NCBI GenBank assembly: GCA_030685015.1
Contig: JAUXWS010000087.1
Span: forward strand, 97,684 to 161,683
Origin: a bacterium
Lineage (GTDB): Bacteria > CAIWAD01
DNA: 64,000 nucleotides
Direction of reading: 5' to 3'
Within the stretch, counting starts at the first letter, position 1. Each line of letters begins with the position of its first letter. This document shows positions 37,994 through 47,700 of the stretch, in pieces. Below the pieces are notes generated by a model. The model did no database searches. It saw only the letters and a list, made by a program, of their open reading frames with translations, and was not told the origin of the DNA. A program made the translations under genes and the position numbers.

Positions 37994-38484
37994 GCCAGGT
38001 GCTTCTCCACCGCTGCGAACGCCAAGTCCACCGCGTGCTGGACGGTCACCGGCGCCATGGCCACGCCCATCAGCCAGGCCGGCTGCATGAAGGGCTTGGG
38101 CTTGGGATGCACGTAGAAATAGGTCCGGGATTCGCCCTGCGGGATCTTGTGGCGCACGAGCCATTCCCGCAGGCCCGGCACGTTCTCGACCTTGACGAAG
38201 TGCCCCACCGTGCCGAACTCCACCGGCGCCGCGTACTCGCTGGGCGTGCCGACGAGAACGGTGAGCGGTCCCATCACCAGGATGTGGAGGGAGGCCCGCA
38301 GGGCGCCCAGGTCGATGGCGCCCTCATCCGTCAGGCTGCGCTTGGCCTGGGTCTGCACGACCTTGGCGATCTCCAGAATGGCCAGGGCCAAGCTGCGTGC
38401 CAGGACGGTGGGAAAGGCTGCCAGCAGCTTCTGCGTCTTGCCCAGCGCCTTCTTGTCCAGCAGCATGGTCACGCCGTCCAGCAT
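37990..38484 (-). CDS. Head-tail joining protein, HK97 gp10-like
   Basis: 164 aa. The pattern ...GALRASLHI...PSEYAAPVEFGT... is typical of the gp10 family. Confidence 0.5.
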   Translation of the reverse strand: MLDGVTMLLDKKALGKTQKLLAAFPTVLARSLALAILEIAKVVQTQAKRSLTDEGAIDLGALRASLHILVMGPLTVLVGTPSEYAAPVEFGTVGHFVKVENVPGLREWLVRHKIPQGESRTYFYVHPKPKPFMQPAWLMGVAMAPVTVQHAVDLAFAAVEKHLA

Positions 38485-38858
38485 CAGGCGCTCCCATGGA
38501 GCTGCTTGGTGGACAGCTCCAGATGCGTGACCGTGCCGAAGAGGTTCCGCGGCACGACGTCCTCCACCTGGTACTGGTGCCCACCGTGCGTGAACTCATC
38601 GCCCTCCACCACCACCGTGGAAGGGCCCACCAGCACGAGCAGCTCGTGGCCCACTTGCAGCAAGTCTTCCGGTGCCTTGGCGGTCAGGACGGCCGGGACG
38701 GCCACGGGGGATCCAAACTCGGGAGCTGGATCCCCCGCGAAGCCGGAAGCGGGAGGTGTTTGGCGCTGGCAGAGCTGGATGACGTCGCCCGTCGATGCGA
38801 GCAGAAACGCCACGTCCGTCAGGGCGAAGGCCGCCTCGGATGCTGTCAAATAGCTCAT
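38484..38858 (-). CDS. Head closure / head-tail adaptor protein
   Basis: 124 aa, coupled to its neighbours. The assignment is by synteny. Confidence 0.4.
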   Translation of the reverse strand: MSYLTASEAAFALTDVAFLLASTGDVIQLCQRQTPPASGFAGDPAPEFGSPVAVPAVLTAKAPEDLLQVGHELLVLVGPSTVVVEGDEFTHGGHQYQVEDVVPRNLFGTVTHLELSTKQLHGSA

Positions 38859-39310
38859 GCGGAAGCCGCGTCAGTGGAAACCACGGATCCGCGTTCAAAG
38901 AGCAAGGATTTCAGCGCCGCCTGGCGGTCGCCCTCGCTGAGCTCCACCAGGCGCTGGTACTCGCCCTGCGCATGGGATAGAAGCTCGCGCCAGGCGCCGG
39001 CTGCCCGCGTCGTGTCGATCTCGATGGCGCCTGCCTTGAAGCTCGGGCGCCGGGCGGCCTTGGCGATCTCGATCCGGCAGCAGGTGGGCGTGGCGGCCAG
39101 GAGCAGGAGCTCCAGGTCCAGATCCGTGAGCGTTGGCGTGATCGTCTCCTGGTCCGCTTCGACCACGTAGGCCAGCTCGAAGTCCCGATTCATCAGGACC
39201 ACGCCGCGCCGAAGGGCGTTCCGCAGCTGCTCGGTCGTCAGGTCGGCCTCCGCCGCCGCGACCAGCTCGCCGCGCAGCACCTGGATCAGCTGGGAGACCG
39301 TGGTCGCCAT
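38855..39310 (-). CDS. Head-tail connector protein (gp6-like)
   Basis: 151 aa, helical N-terminus. The assignment is by synteny. Confidence 0.4.
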   Translation of the reverse strand: MATTVSQLIQVLRGELVAAAEADLTTEQLRNALRRGVVLMNRDFELAYVVEADQETITPTLTDLDLELLLLAATPTCCRIEIAKAARRPSFKAGAIEIDTTRAAGAWRELLSHAQGEYQRLVELSEGDRQAALKSLLFERGSVVSTDAASA

Positions 39311-39317
39311 GCGTCAC

Positions 39318-39806
39318 TTATCTCCGGCCGCCCGAGGACGTGCGAGTCCGCGTGCCAATCTTGGCCGCTGCCTTGGCGCCCATGGCCGGCGCCGGCGAAG
39401 CGGGAGGCGTGGCGTCATCCGCAAACGGATCGACCCCAGGTCCGGCATCGCCGCCTTCGCCCTCGCCTTCGCCGTCATCGTCGACATGCAGGATGGTCAC
39501 GCCGCCCAGGCCGTCGTCGCCGGCGCCCGGGTTCGTGTCATCACCGTTCCCAGCGCCGCCAGTGGGATTGTCATCCCCGACAGCACCTTCACCGTCGCCA
39601 TCCACGGCGCCCGTCTTGTCCACGCCATCCGCCGTCATGCCGAAGACGGACGTGAGCTCCGGGGCGTCGCCATCGACGATCTCCACCAGGTCCGTGCGCT
39701 CGGCCACGTCCGCCGGAACACCGTCCGGGAAGTGCGTGAAGCGATCGGGATGCAGCACATGCTCGCCGATCACTACGATCGAGCCGATGGCCTTCACCTT
39801 TTGCAT
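39318..39806 (-). CDS. Acidic Gly/Asp-rich head-region protein, unknown function
   Basis: The start was chosen at MQKVKAIG. The central part is low-complexity (DGDGEGAVGDDNPTGGAGNGDDTNPGAGDDGLGG). Confidence 0.4.
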   Translation of the reverse strand: MQKVKAIGSIVVIGEHVLHPDRFTHFPDGVPADVAERTDLVEIVDGDAPELTSVFGMTADGVDKTGAVDGDGEGAVGDDNPTGGAGNGDDTNPGAGDDGLGGVTILHVDDDGEGEGEGGDAGPGVDPFADDATPPASPAPAMGAKAAAKIGTRTRTSSGGRR

Positions 39807-39880
39807 GAGTCCTCCTGTCCAGGGAAGAGAGAGAGCCGGCCAGGAAAACCCCGGCCGGCCACTGACCACGTCGATTCAGA

Positions 39881-40744
39881 CTAGGCCGTGATGACGACCT
39901 TGAAGACCAGGTCGGGACGCGTGATGCCCATGGCGCACTCCTGCCAGGACAGGAAGCTCACCTTGAAGCCCTTGCGCTCGGGGTCGACCTTCAGGGGCGT
40001 CCGGATGGCATACTTGCCCACCTCGGCGTCCGGGATGAGGATCACCTCGTCCGTCTTCATGGACGCGCTGTTGATCAGCCCCGCGCCCTGCAGGCGGTTG
40101 AGGATGCCCTTCTCGACGAACTCGCGCCGGGACTCGGGATCCAGGTTGAAGTCCTTCAGGTCGATGACCCGACTGCCACGGATGAGCAGGTAGCGGGGCG
40201 TCAGCTCCATGTCGTTGATGCGGCTGATGGCCGTGAAGAGCGCCGTGTCGGTCAGCTTGCCGCCCGACACCGTGACCACGTTGGTCGTGGGCAGCGTGGC
40301 CGCCGCGGCGGACAAGAGGTCCACGATCTTCGAGTTCAGCTTGTTGCGGATGGCGCTGGCGGCGTCGGTCTGCATGTCGGTGATGGCGCCGATGTTGCCG
40401 TTGGCCAGGTCGCTGATGTCGACCTCGGGGTTGGCGTGGATGCGGAAAATGGGGAAGATCACCTCCGTGTCCGCGTTCACCTCCTGGCGGTGCGGCTGGC
40501 CGCCCACGCCGATGTAGAAGGCACGCAGGGCCGCGCGCTTCTGGTACTTGGCCTCCTGCCCGGCCTTGAGCGTGTGCTCGGTCAGGACCAGGGGCACGAT
40601 GTTCTTGCGCTCGATGTCCATCTTGATCACCGGCGCCACGGCCTCGGCCAGGGCGTAGAGGCCGCTCTCCTTGCTCAAGGACTCGGCCATCAGCCCGGCC
40701 ATGGCAGCCATGAACTGCGGGTCCTTCGTGCTGTTCGTCTTCAC
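39881..40744 (-). CDS. Major capsid protein
   Basis: GTG start preceded by AAGGAG, 287 aa. It lies downstream of the protease/scaffold gene and a DUF2190-like gene, the standard head-module order. Confidence 0.6.
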   Translation of the reverse strand: MKTNSTKDPQFMAAMAGLMAESLSKESGLYALAEAVAPVIKMDIERKNIVPLVLTEHTLKAGQEAKYQKRAALRAFYIGVGGQPHRQEVNADTEVIFPIFRIHANPEVDISDLANGNIGAITDMQTDAASAIRNKLNSKIVDLLSAAAATLPTTNVVTVSGGKLTDTALFTAISRINDMELTPRYLLIRGSRVIDLKDFNLDPESRREFVEKGILNRLQGAGLINSASMKTDEVILIPDAEVGKYAIRTPLKVDPERKGFKVSFLSWQECAMGITRPDLVFKVVITA

Positions 40745-40791
40745 TGTGGAGTTCTCCTTGCTTGGAGCCGGGTGGCTTGCGCCCCAGGCGA

Positions 40792-41187
40792 TTAGGCCAC
40801 CAGGCCGTGATTGGTCCACAGGACGGAGATTTCGGTCCCGTCCACGGCCAGCACGCGGCCCACGATCTTGTTCGTCGCCACCGCCACCTTGAGCTTGGCC
40901 GTGGTGGCATCGAAAGTGAGGTTGTTCCCGACGGCCGGCGTGCCCGAGAACTGGTCCGTCTGGAAGACGAAGGCGCCCGTGTCCACGACGCATGGGGTCG
41001 TCTCCGTCGCGCCCTGCGTCGCGCAGTTCTTGTCCGCGCGCTTCAGGATGCCGACCGGGATGTCGGCGACATTCGACACCACCGTGAACTCGTTGTTGCC
41101 CGTGCTCTTCAGCACCTGACCCGGCGTGCCCGGCCCTTTCAGGACGCCGTCGCCAAGCTCGATGCCGGGGTGGGAGTTGTTGTACAT
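40792..41187 (-). CDS. Head decoration/structural protein (DUF2190-like)
   Basis: 131 aa, beta-rich, located between the scaffold and capsid genes. Confidence 0.45.
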   Translation of the reverse strand: MYNNSHPGIELGDGVLKGPGTPGQVLKSTGNNEFTVVSNVADIPVGILKRADKNCATQGATETTPCVVDTGAFVFQTDQFSGTPAVGNNLTFDATTAKLKVAVATNKIVGRVLAVDGTEISVLWTNHGLVA

Positions 41188-41240
41188 GATCTGCTCCTTC
41201 TAGTTGAGTCCGCCCCGGCATCCCCGGGTCGGGGGTGATG

Positions 41241-43832
41241 CTACTCGCTGATCTCGCCGCGCTCGCTGGCCAGCCGCTCGGCGTAGATGGCCTGGAAGCC
41301 ATCCGTGAGCTTGTCCTTCAGGCCCTTGGGTGCGGGGTCGCCCTCCGTGGCCGGCGTGGTGCTGGCATTGGCGCGCAGCTGCCCCTGGGCGGCGGCGGCG
41401 GCACTCCCCCCGGCGGCGGCCGCGGCCTCCTCCTCGGTGGGCGCTGCCTTGTCGGGCGCGCCTGACTTGTCAGGCAGCGCGCTCCAGGTGTCCTCGATGG
41501 CCTTGCGCGCCTCGTCGGACAGGCCGGCCAGGCGCTCGACCTCGGCCTTCCGCGCGGCATCGTCGGCAAAGGCGCGGCCCTTCTTCTCCATCAGGACGAC
41601 CAGGGCCTCGGCCGCCTTGGTGGCCGCACTCTTGGCCTTCTCGTCCTCGGCTGCCTGGACCTTGACCGTCAGGTCCGTGTTCACGCCTGCCAGCTCCTCG
41701 GCGTGCTTGAGGAGTTCCTCGTGAGTCATGTCCTTCAGGGCCTTCTGGGAGGCCTGCTGGTCCTTGTTCGGGTCCATGTTGCCCGTCTCCTTGCTGATGG
41801 TGGTCAGGATCTGGATCACGCGATCCGCCGTGTCGCTGGCGGCCTGGCGGATCTTCGTGCTGGTGTCCTCCAGCGTGACAGCTTCCGCCGCGAACTGGTC
41901 GACCAGCGTGTTGGTGACGATGTGGAAGGCATCCCAGGCGCGCCAGAGATCGTCCCGGATCTCCTGCTGGATCAGCACCTGACGCACGGTCTCGGGCTTG
42001 GAGCTGCCGACGTCGCCACCGTAGGACACGGCGCGCATCAGGCCGTCCGGCTCATGGGCCATCGACGTGATGTCGGCCTTGGGGTCGGCGGGCTCGTAGC
42101 CCTCCAGTAGACCGGCGCCCGTGAAGGTCACGCCATGGAGGATCTCGTAGACGTCCTTGCCGTCCAGCTGCTGGCCCTTGGACTTTTTCAGGTGCTCGCA
42201 GCGGTCCGCCACGGCCACGTGCGTGTGGCCGCAGATGGAGCATTCGCCCTTGGCGTACGAGCACTCCATCGAGACCTTGGTGATCAGGTCCTCGTGGATG
42301 AGCTTCCGGGCCTTGGCCGCCAGCTCGTCGGAGCCCGTGAAGAGTTTTCCCGCGCAGAGGACGCGCCCGCCCTCGGCGTCGTCGAAGGCCGCCGTCTCCG
42401 TCTTGCCCACGATGTCCTGGGCCTTCTGGCCGTGCTTCAAGTTGATCTTGACGCCGGCTGCACTGGGTGCAGCCGCCTTCAGCTCGTCCACCGTGAAGTG
42501 ATCGCCATTCCGGTTCGTGCCGGCGTGGCAAAGCACGAAGGCGATCTCATGGTCCTCGCCGCCCTCGGACTTTGCCTCCGCCACGGCCACCACCCGGCCG
42601 GCGACCAGGCGCGCCGTCATGCGCGTCCTGTCAGCAGCAGCGGCCGCCATCGCGGCAATGGCCGCGGCGTCCACGGGCTCTTTGTCCTTCACGTCGTCCT
42701 CCTTGGGCTGATCCGGCTTACTCGGCTTGGCCGCTTCGTCCTTCTTCGCCGTCCCCACGAACAGGTACTCCTTGGCCTTGGCCGGATCCTTGTCCCGGTT
42801 CTTGCCGGCCAGACTGCCGTAGGAGAAATCCTTCGTCTCCAGGCGGAACTCGCGCCCGGCCTTCTCGAAGACTTCCTGCAGCTCGGCTTCGCTGGGGTAG
42901 CTGTGGTCGCGGTAGGAGAGGATCCAGTCCGGGATGTGCTCGGCCGCGGCAAAGACCTCCTGGAAGAAAGCCGCGATGTTGGCCTTGGTGAGGTCCCCTT
43001 GGGTCTTTTCCATCCGCGTGACGCTGTCGGCGTTGGGCGTACGACCCTCGCCCTTCACCATCACGGCATCGACGACGTGGTAGTTGGCGCTGTAGTTGGC
43101 GGCGCTGAACTCGGTCACGTAGGGCGGGTCGAAGTAGGCCAGGTCGGCCTTGACCTTGGGCAGGAACTCGCGCACGTCCAGGCGCTGCGCCGTGCAGGCC
43201 GGCCCGTCCAGCACCATCGAGTTCAGGCGCCGGATGACCTCGCCCAGGCGCTTGTGGAACTGCTCGGGGCTGTAGCCGTCCTCGCTGACCTTGCTGGTGG
43301 TGAACTGGGGAAACCAGCCGCGGGCCGAGAGCATCGTGGCCCCCAGGGCCGCCAGGGCCAGGTCCTTCTTGAAACCCTTCAGGGCATCGACGTTTTCCCG
43401 TACCTCGTCGATGACGCCATGGATCTCGGGCTTCCAGAACTTGTCCTTGTAGTGGTCCCGAACGAAGGTGCCGGCCTTCGGGTTGGGCTGGCAGAGGGCG
43501 TCGATCTCCTCGTCCGTCACTTGCTCGGTCTGGTTGACGAGGATGGCCCGGGCGATGTGGTGGGGCCAGTGCAGGCTGTCGTTGGAGTGGACCTGGAAGC
43601 CTTCGCGCTTCAACATGTAGCTCACGCTGCCACCGCCGGCGAAGGCGTCCACCACGGTCTTCACGCCCTCGGGAATCTGCTCGCGGATCCAATCGAGCAG
43701 CTTGCGCTTGTTCCCGATGTACTGGACCCCATGCGTCGGCGCCCCGGCGGCCTGGGAGGTCAGGCTTAACTCGGGGAAGAGGGCGGCTTCGACAGTCAGG
43801 AAGTGCATGGAAATCCCGCGACTTAGGTTCAT
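41241..43832 (-). CDS. Fusion protein: D12-class (Dam-like) N6-adenine DNA methyltransferase + prohead protease-like domain + scaffold-like coiled coil
   Basis: A single 863-aa ORF. aa 35-245 hold YIGNKRKLL, DAFAGGGSV and FDPPY. aa ~405-600 hold GTNRNGDHFT...INLKHGQ...VSMECSY, an HK97/U35-like protease pattern. aa ~600-863 are a charged helical tail. The first ATG may instead be 43808. Confidence 0.7.
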   Translation of the reverse strand: MNLSRGISMHFLTVEAALFPELSLTSQAAGAPTHGVQYIGNKRKLLDWIREQIPEGVKTVVDAFAGGGSVSYMLKREGFQVHSNDSLHWPHHIARAILVNQTEQVTDEEIDALCQPNPKAGTFVRDHYKDKFWKPEIHGVIDEVRENVDALKGFKKDLALAALGATMLSARGWFPQFTTSKVSEDGYSPEQFHKRLGEVIRRLNSMVLDGPACTAQRLDVREFLPKVKADLAYFDPPYVTEFSAANYSANYHVVDAVMVKGEGRTPNADSVTRMEKTQGDLTKANIAAFFQEVFAAAEHIPDWILSYRDHSYPSEAELQEVFEKAGREFRLETKDFSYGSLAGKNRDKDPAKAKEYLFVGTAKKDEAAKPSKPDQPKEDDVKDKEPVDAAAIAAMAAAAADRTRMTARLVAGRVVAVAEAKSEGGEDHEIAFVLCHAGTNRNGDHFTVDELKAAAPSAAGVKINLKHGQKAQDIVGKTETAAFDDAEGGRVLCAGKLFTGSDELAAKARKLIHEDLITKVSMECSYAKGECSICGHTHVAVADRCEHLKKSKGQQLDGKDVYEILHGVTFTGAGLLEGYEPADPKADITSMAHEPDGLMRAVSYGGDVGSSKPETVRQVLIQQEIRDDLWRAWDAFHIVTNTLVDQFAAEAVTLEDTSTKIRQAASDTADRVIQILTTISKETGNMDPNKDQQASQKALKDMTHEELLKHAEELAGVNTDLTVKVQAAEDEKAKSAATKAAEALVVLMEKKGRAFADDAARKAEVERLAGLSDEARKAIEDTWSALPDKSGAPDKAAPTEEEAAAAAGGSAAAAAQGQLRANASTTPATEGDPAPKGLKDKLTDGFQAIYAERLASERGEISE

Positions 43833-43900
43833 CGCGGGATACGATCCCCTGTCCGAGAGGGTCTGTCAAGTAAGGAGAGAAGGAATATTCGTGGGGCTGG

Positions 43901-44215
43901 CTACTTTTTTGTCACAAGGGCTTCCAGGCGCCTGAAGAAGGCCGCGTAATCAGTGACCTCTTCTTCCTGGATCTCGCTCGCGCTGCGATAGTAGCCCACG
44001 TGATGACGCCAGTAATCCAGCATCTCGCGGGGGACGAAGCGCTGATCTTGCTCCAGCATGGCATTGATCAGGTCGGAGGGAATCTCCTCATCCTCTGGGA
44101 AGGCCGGGTCGAACACGTAGTCCAGCCTGTCGTCCTGGGTGATCCAAGCGCCGATGGGCTGCTTGCGTGTGGAGTCCGGATCGAACTCGAACACATAGAA
44201 CCAGAGCACTTTCAC
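43901..44215 (-). CDS. Small protein of unknown function (moron), coupled to the upstream gene
   Basis: GTG start overlaps the upstream stop (GTGA) and is preceded by AGGAGAG. The gene looks AT-richer than the flanking head genes. An ATG at 44254 is an alternative start. Confidence 0.45.
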   Translation of the reverse strand: MKVLWFYVFEFDPDSTRKQPIGAWITQDDRLDYVFDPAFPEDEEIPSDLINAMLEQDQRFVPREMLDYWRHHVGYYRSASEIQEEEVTDYAAFFRRLEALVTKK

Positions 44216-44712
44216 CGGCTCATCTCTCCTGTCGATTGGAGGTTGACCGTCCATTCCGTCGCCTGCTGGTCCAGCAAGGCCTGGAGGGCCTCATCCCCAC
44301 CGAAGTCCTTCACGGCATCCTCCCAGGCCTGGTAGGTGGCTTCCTGCCGCTTGTCCAAGTCGTGCGGATCATTCGTGCAGATGAGAAAGCGCTTTCCGCC
44401 ATCCACCTCCTTCAGCCAGCAGAAATGCCCCTTGCGCTCCGTCACCACGCCACGAAAGGCATGCACGGGATGGCCTGCGTTCAGCATATCCAGGACGCTC
44501 ATCTCTGCGAAAAGAACGAAGTAGCGCCACGCCTGGATCGCGCCTGTGTGGCGGTCGAAGACAGGCGAGGCCTCCAGCACGCGGATGCCTGCAGCGTGGA
44601 TGTCAATGGCATCTCCATCCTGGAAGAGAACCGTAATCGTGGCCCCGAAGCCCGTCATCAGGGATTCGCAGTAGGCCTGGAAGGCCAGGCGCTCCGGTTC
44701 TTGCATGCTCAT
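44212..44712 (-). CDS. Small protein of unknown function (moron; immunity candidate)
   Basis: ATG lies 1 nt after the stop of the 1505-aa gene (TAGCATG). 166 aa with no recognisable motifs. Confidence 0.45.
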   Translation of the reverse strand: MSMQEPERLAFQAYCESLMTGFGATITVLFQDGDAIDIHAAGIRVLEASPVFDRHTGAIQAWRYFVLFAEMSVLDMLNAGHPVHAFRGVVTERKGHFCWLKEVDGGKRFLICTNDPHDLDKRQEATYQAWEDAVKDFGGDEALQALLDQQATEWTVNLQSTGEMSR

Positions 44713-44713
44713 G

Positions 44714-47700
44714 CTACCTCGCAAACACGACATCCTCGATCCGCCGGCCGTCCGGCAGAACCGTGATGCCGTGCTTCTTGAAAAGGGCGATGACCTTGAC
44801 CCTGCGACCGGCATCGCCGACGACGATGGAATCCATGTTCTCCAAGAGGGGAACCGCTCCCTTGATGATGGTCTCGTTCCCGCAGTAGTGGGGCATCTTC
44901 TTCAGCGTCTCCAGGTCCGAGATCCGGTTCTCGCGGACGAAGTTCCCCACCACCTTGCCGTAGTGGTCACTGTTGTAACTAATCGCGTCGGCACGACGTA
45001 GCAGATCGGGCTTGAAGCGGATGGTGTTGGCCTGCGTGTTCGTGGATCGCATGATGCGCGTGAAGAAGTAGCTCGCCCCGCCCGAATTCATGTCCTGGGA
45101 CGGGCTCATGCCGCCGATGGGCACCCCCGTGCTGAAGCGCTCGGCCGTCGGGATGAAGGACTGGTTGGTCGGCAGCACGGCCTCCAGGAAGTCCTCCACG
45201 GAGCCCTTCGTCATGCCGTGCATGAGCACGTAGCCCTCCATCTCCCTCTCCAGCGTCTCGCGTGACACGTCGAAGCGGACCTGCACGCGCATGCCTGCCG
45301 TGCCACCCTTGCCCGTGGCGACCGCCGCCTGGTGCGTGCCCATCGGGTTGTAGTCGGGCAGCTTGGTCACGTCCTTCACGCCCAGATGGCGACTCCAGAC
45401 CTCACGCCAGATGCGCACGGCGGACTCGGTGGAGGCCTTCTTTGCTTCCTCGGCCGCGGCCAGGAAGGCAGGGCTGTCGTCGATCTTGGCGACGAAAGCG
45501 ACCTTCTGCAGATACATGAGCTCCTCGTCCCAGGGTGTCGAGGGCGCCGTGTCCAAGCCCAGAACCTTCAACCGCTCCATAGCCCGGGCGACGACGCTCT
45601 CGGAGACGCCCTCGCGCACCTTGACGGTCATGCGCCCGTGCATGGCGTAGCTCTTGCCCACCGACTTGCCCGTCCCCTGGAAGGGCTTGTAGACGGCCTC
45701 CACCCCGTCCCCCAGGTCCACATGATATTCGACCAGGTTGTCCATGATGGACGAGTGAAAGCGTGAGAGCGGCACGTGCTCGGCCTCGACCACCAGCTCG
45801 TGCCCCTTGGAGACCACACGATCCTCCGTCCAGCGCGGGCTGGCGGTCACGCGCAGGCCCTTGCCCTTCGCGGGAGCGCCGACGCCCTTTTGCAGGGCCT
45901 TCAGCTCGGCGGCGGAGGGCGCGTACTGCTTCACCAAGGGGAGTTTCGTTGGCGTGCCGGCAGTCGAGGCCTCCACGGCATGCGCGATGTCGTCCAGGGT
46001 CTTCAGATACTGCTGGGCCATGGATTGCTCGACCGCACTGCCAGCCTTTGCCAGCTTCTGCAAGGCTGGCCGCAGATCCTCCGCCGCGCGCAGTTTCGTC
46101 GTGTTGTAGTTCAGGTCACCCACGTGCGTGTTGACGGTCTTGGCGGCCGCCAGGATCGTGTCCCAGAAGCCATCCTCCACCGCCAGCTCCTTCGGGACCT
46201 CGCCCACGACATTCGCCTTCAGGAGTTTGACCAGGCGCTTGTCCGCCTCCTGGCGCAGCCGCAGCTGCAGGATGGTTTGCTTCTCACCGTCCATCCCGAA
46301 GACTTGGCGGACGAGGATGTTCTGGTCCTCGATGTCGCCCTTGTCCACGGCCAGGGAGCGCCCCTGCCAGCCGGACTCGCGGATCGTCTCCACCTCCGCC
46401 TTCAGGTTGATGCGGCTACCCCGCGCCCAGGCCTCGCCCGTCTCTTTGGCTGCGGGCGTTGCCGCCGCCGGCGCCGGCGCGGCGTCCCCGAACCGGAAGA
46501 CCACGGGCTTCCCGGTCCGTGCCGACTCTATCTCGCTGTAGAATCGCTCGAAGTCCGCCTGCAGCGTGTTTTTGCGCAGGGTGGCGGCTTTGAGGAAATC
46601 CTCCAGAGCGCCGGGCTGGCTGGCGAAGCGCCGGCCGGCGTAGGGCATCAGCATCTCGCGGTAGGCCGCATCCGAGATTCCCTGCACGCGGCGCACCCAC
46701 ACGCCCGTCGCCTGCAGGTCCAGTTTCAGTTTCCCATCGCGGTGGGCGCGCAGCAGCTTGTTGTAGATGGGCTCGTCGAAGCGCCCGCCGGCGTTGGGCG
46801 CGTAGTCAACCGAGAGCTTGTCCTTGCCGAAATACTTGTAGAGCTGGCCCTTGTCGATGCCATAGACGCGACCGTCCTGGGCACGCAGGAACTGCTCCGC
46901 GTGACCGTCGTGGTTGGAAATGAGCCAATCGGCCACATGCTCGCGCTGGAGCTGAACCAGGTCCTGCGGATCAATCGTCGTGACGTCGATGCCCTTGTAG
47001 TTGGCCGGCTTCTTCAGCCCCTGCTTCATCTGCTGGATCGATCCCATCCGCATCCGGCCATGCATGTCCTTCAGCTCGATGAAGCGGACCTCGATGGCGT
47101 CCGGATCGATCTCGCGCTGGATCAGGTAGGCCACCTCGTCACCCCAAGCGCGGAAGTCCTCGCTGATGGGCTTGAACAGCCACTTGTCGCCGGCCTGGTC
47201 CGTGTAGAAATACTTGGTGTGCACGCCGCCCAGCTCGCTGGCGTCGCTGTGGAAGGTGAACGGGTTCTTGGCTTTGAGCGCCTCCCAGGCCTCGTCTGCC
47301 TGGCGTGCCTGAACGGCCGGGCTGGCCGCTGGCGTGGGCACAGGCGCCGCGGTTGGCATAGGCGCAGCCTTTGGCGCGGGGGCGGACTTGGGCGCCACTG
47401 GAGCCGGCTTGGGCACAGCGGGCGCTGGTGGGGCCGGCACCGGCACGGCTTTTTTGAGCTTGGCCGCATCCTTGGCAGCGGCTACTTTGGCCGCCACCTG
47501 CTCGGCGATCTTGGGCTGCAGGGGCTTCTGGGTCAGGTAGGCGACGGACTCGGGTTTCGTGAACCACTGGAAGTTCTTGACCTTCGCCGCCTTCAAGACC
47601 TCGCGTAGCACCGACTGACTATTGAGTTCCACCTTGAACGCGAAGACGTCTTGAGCCTTCGACAGGTAACCACCCAGGTCTGCCGCCTGCTGCGGTCCCA

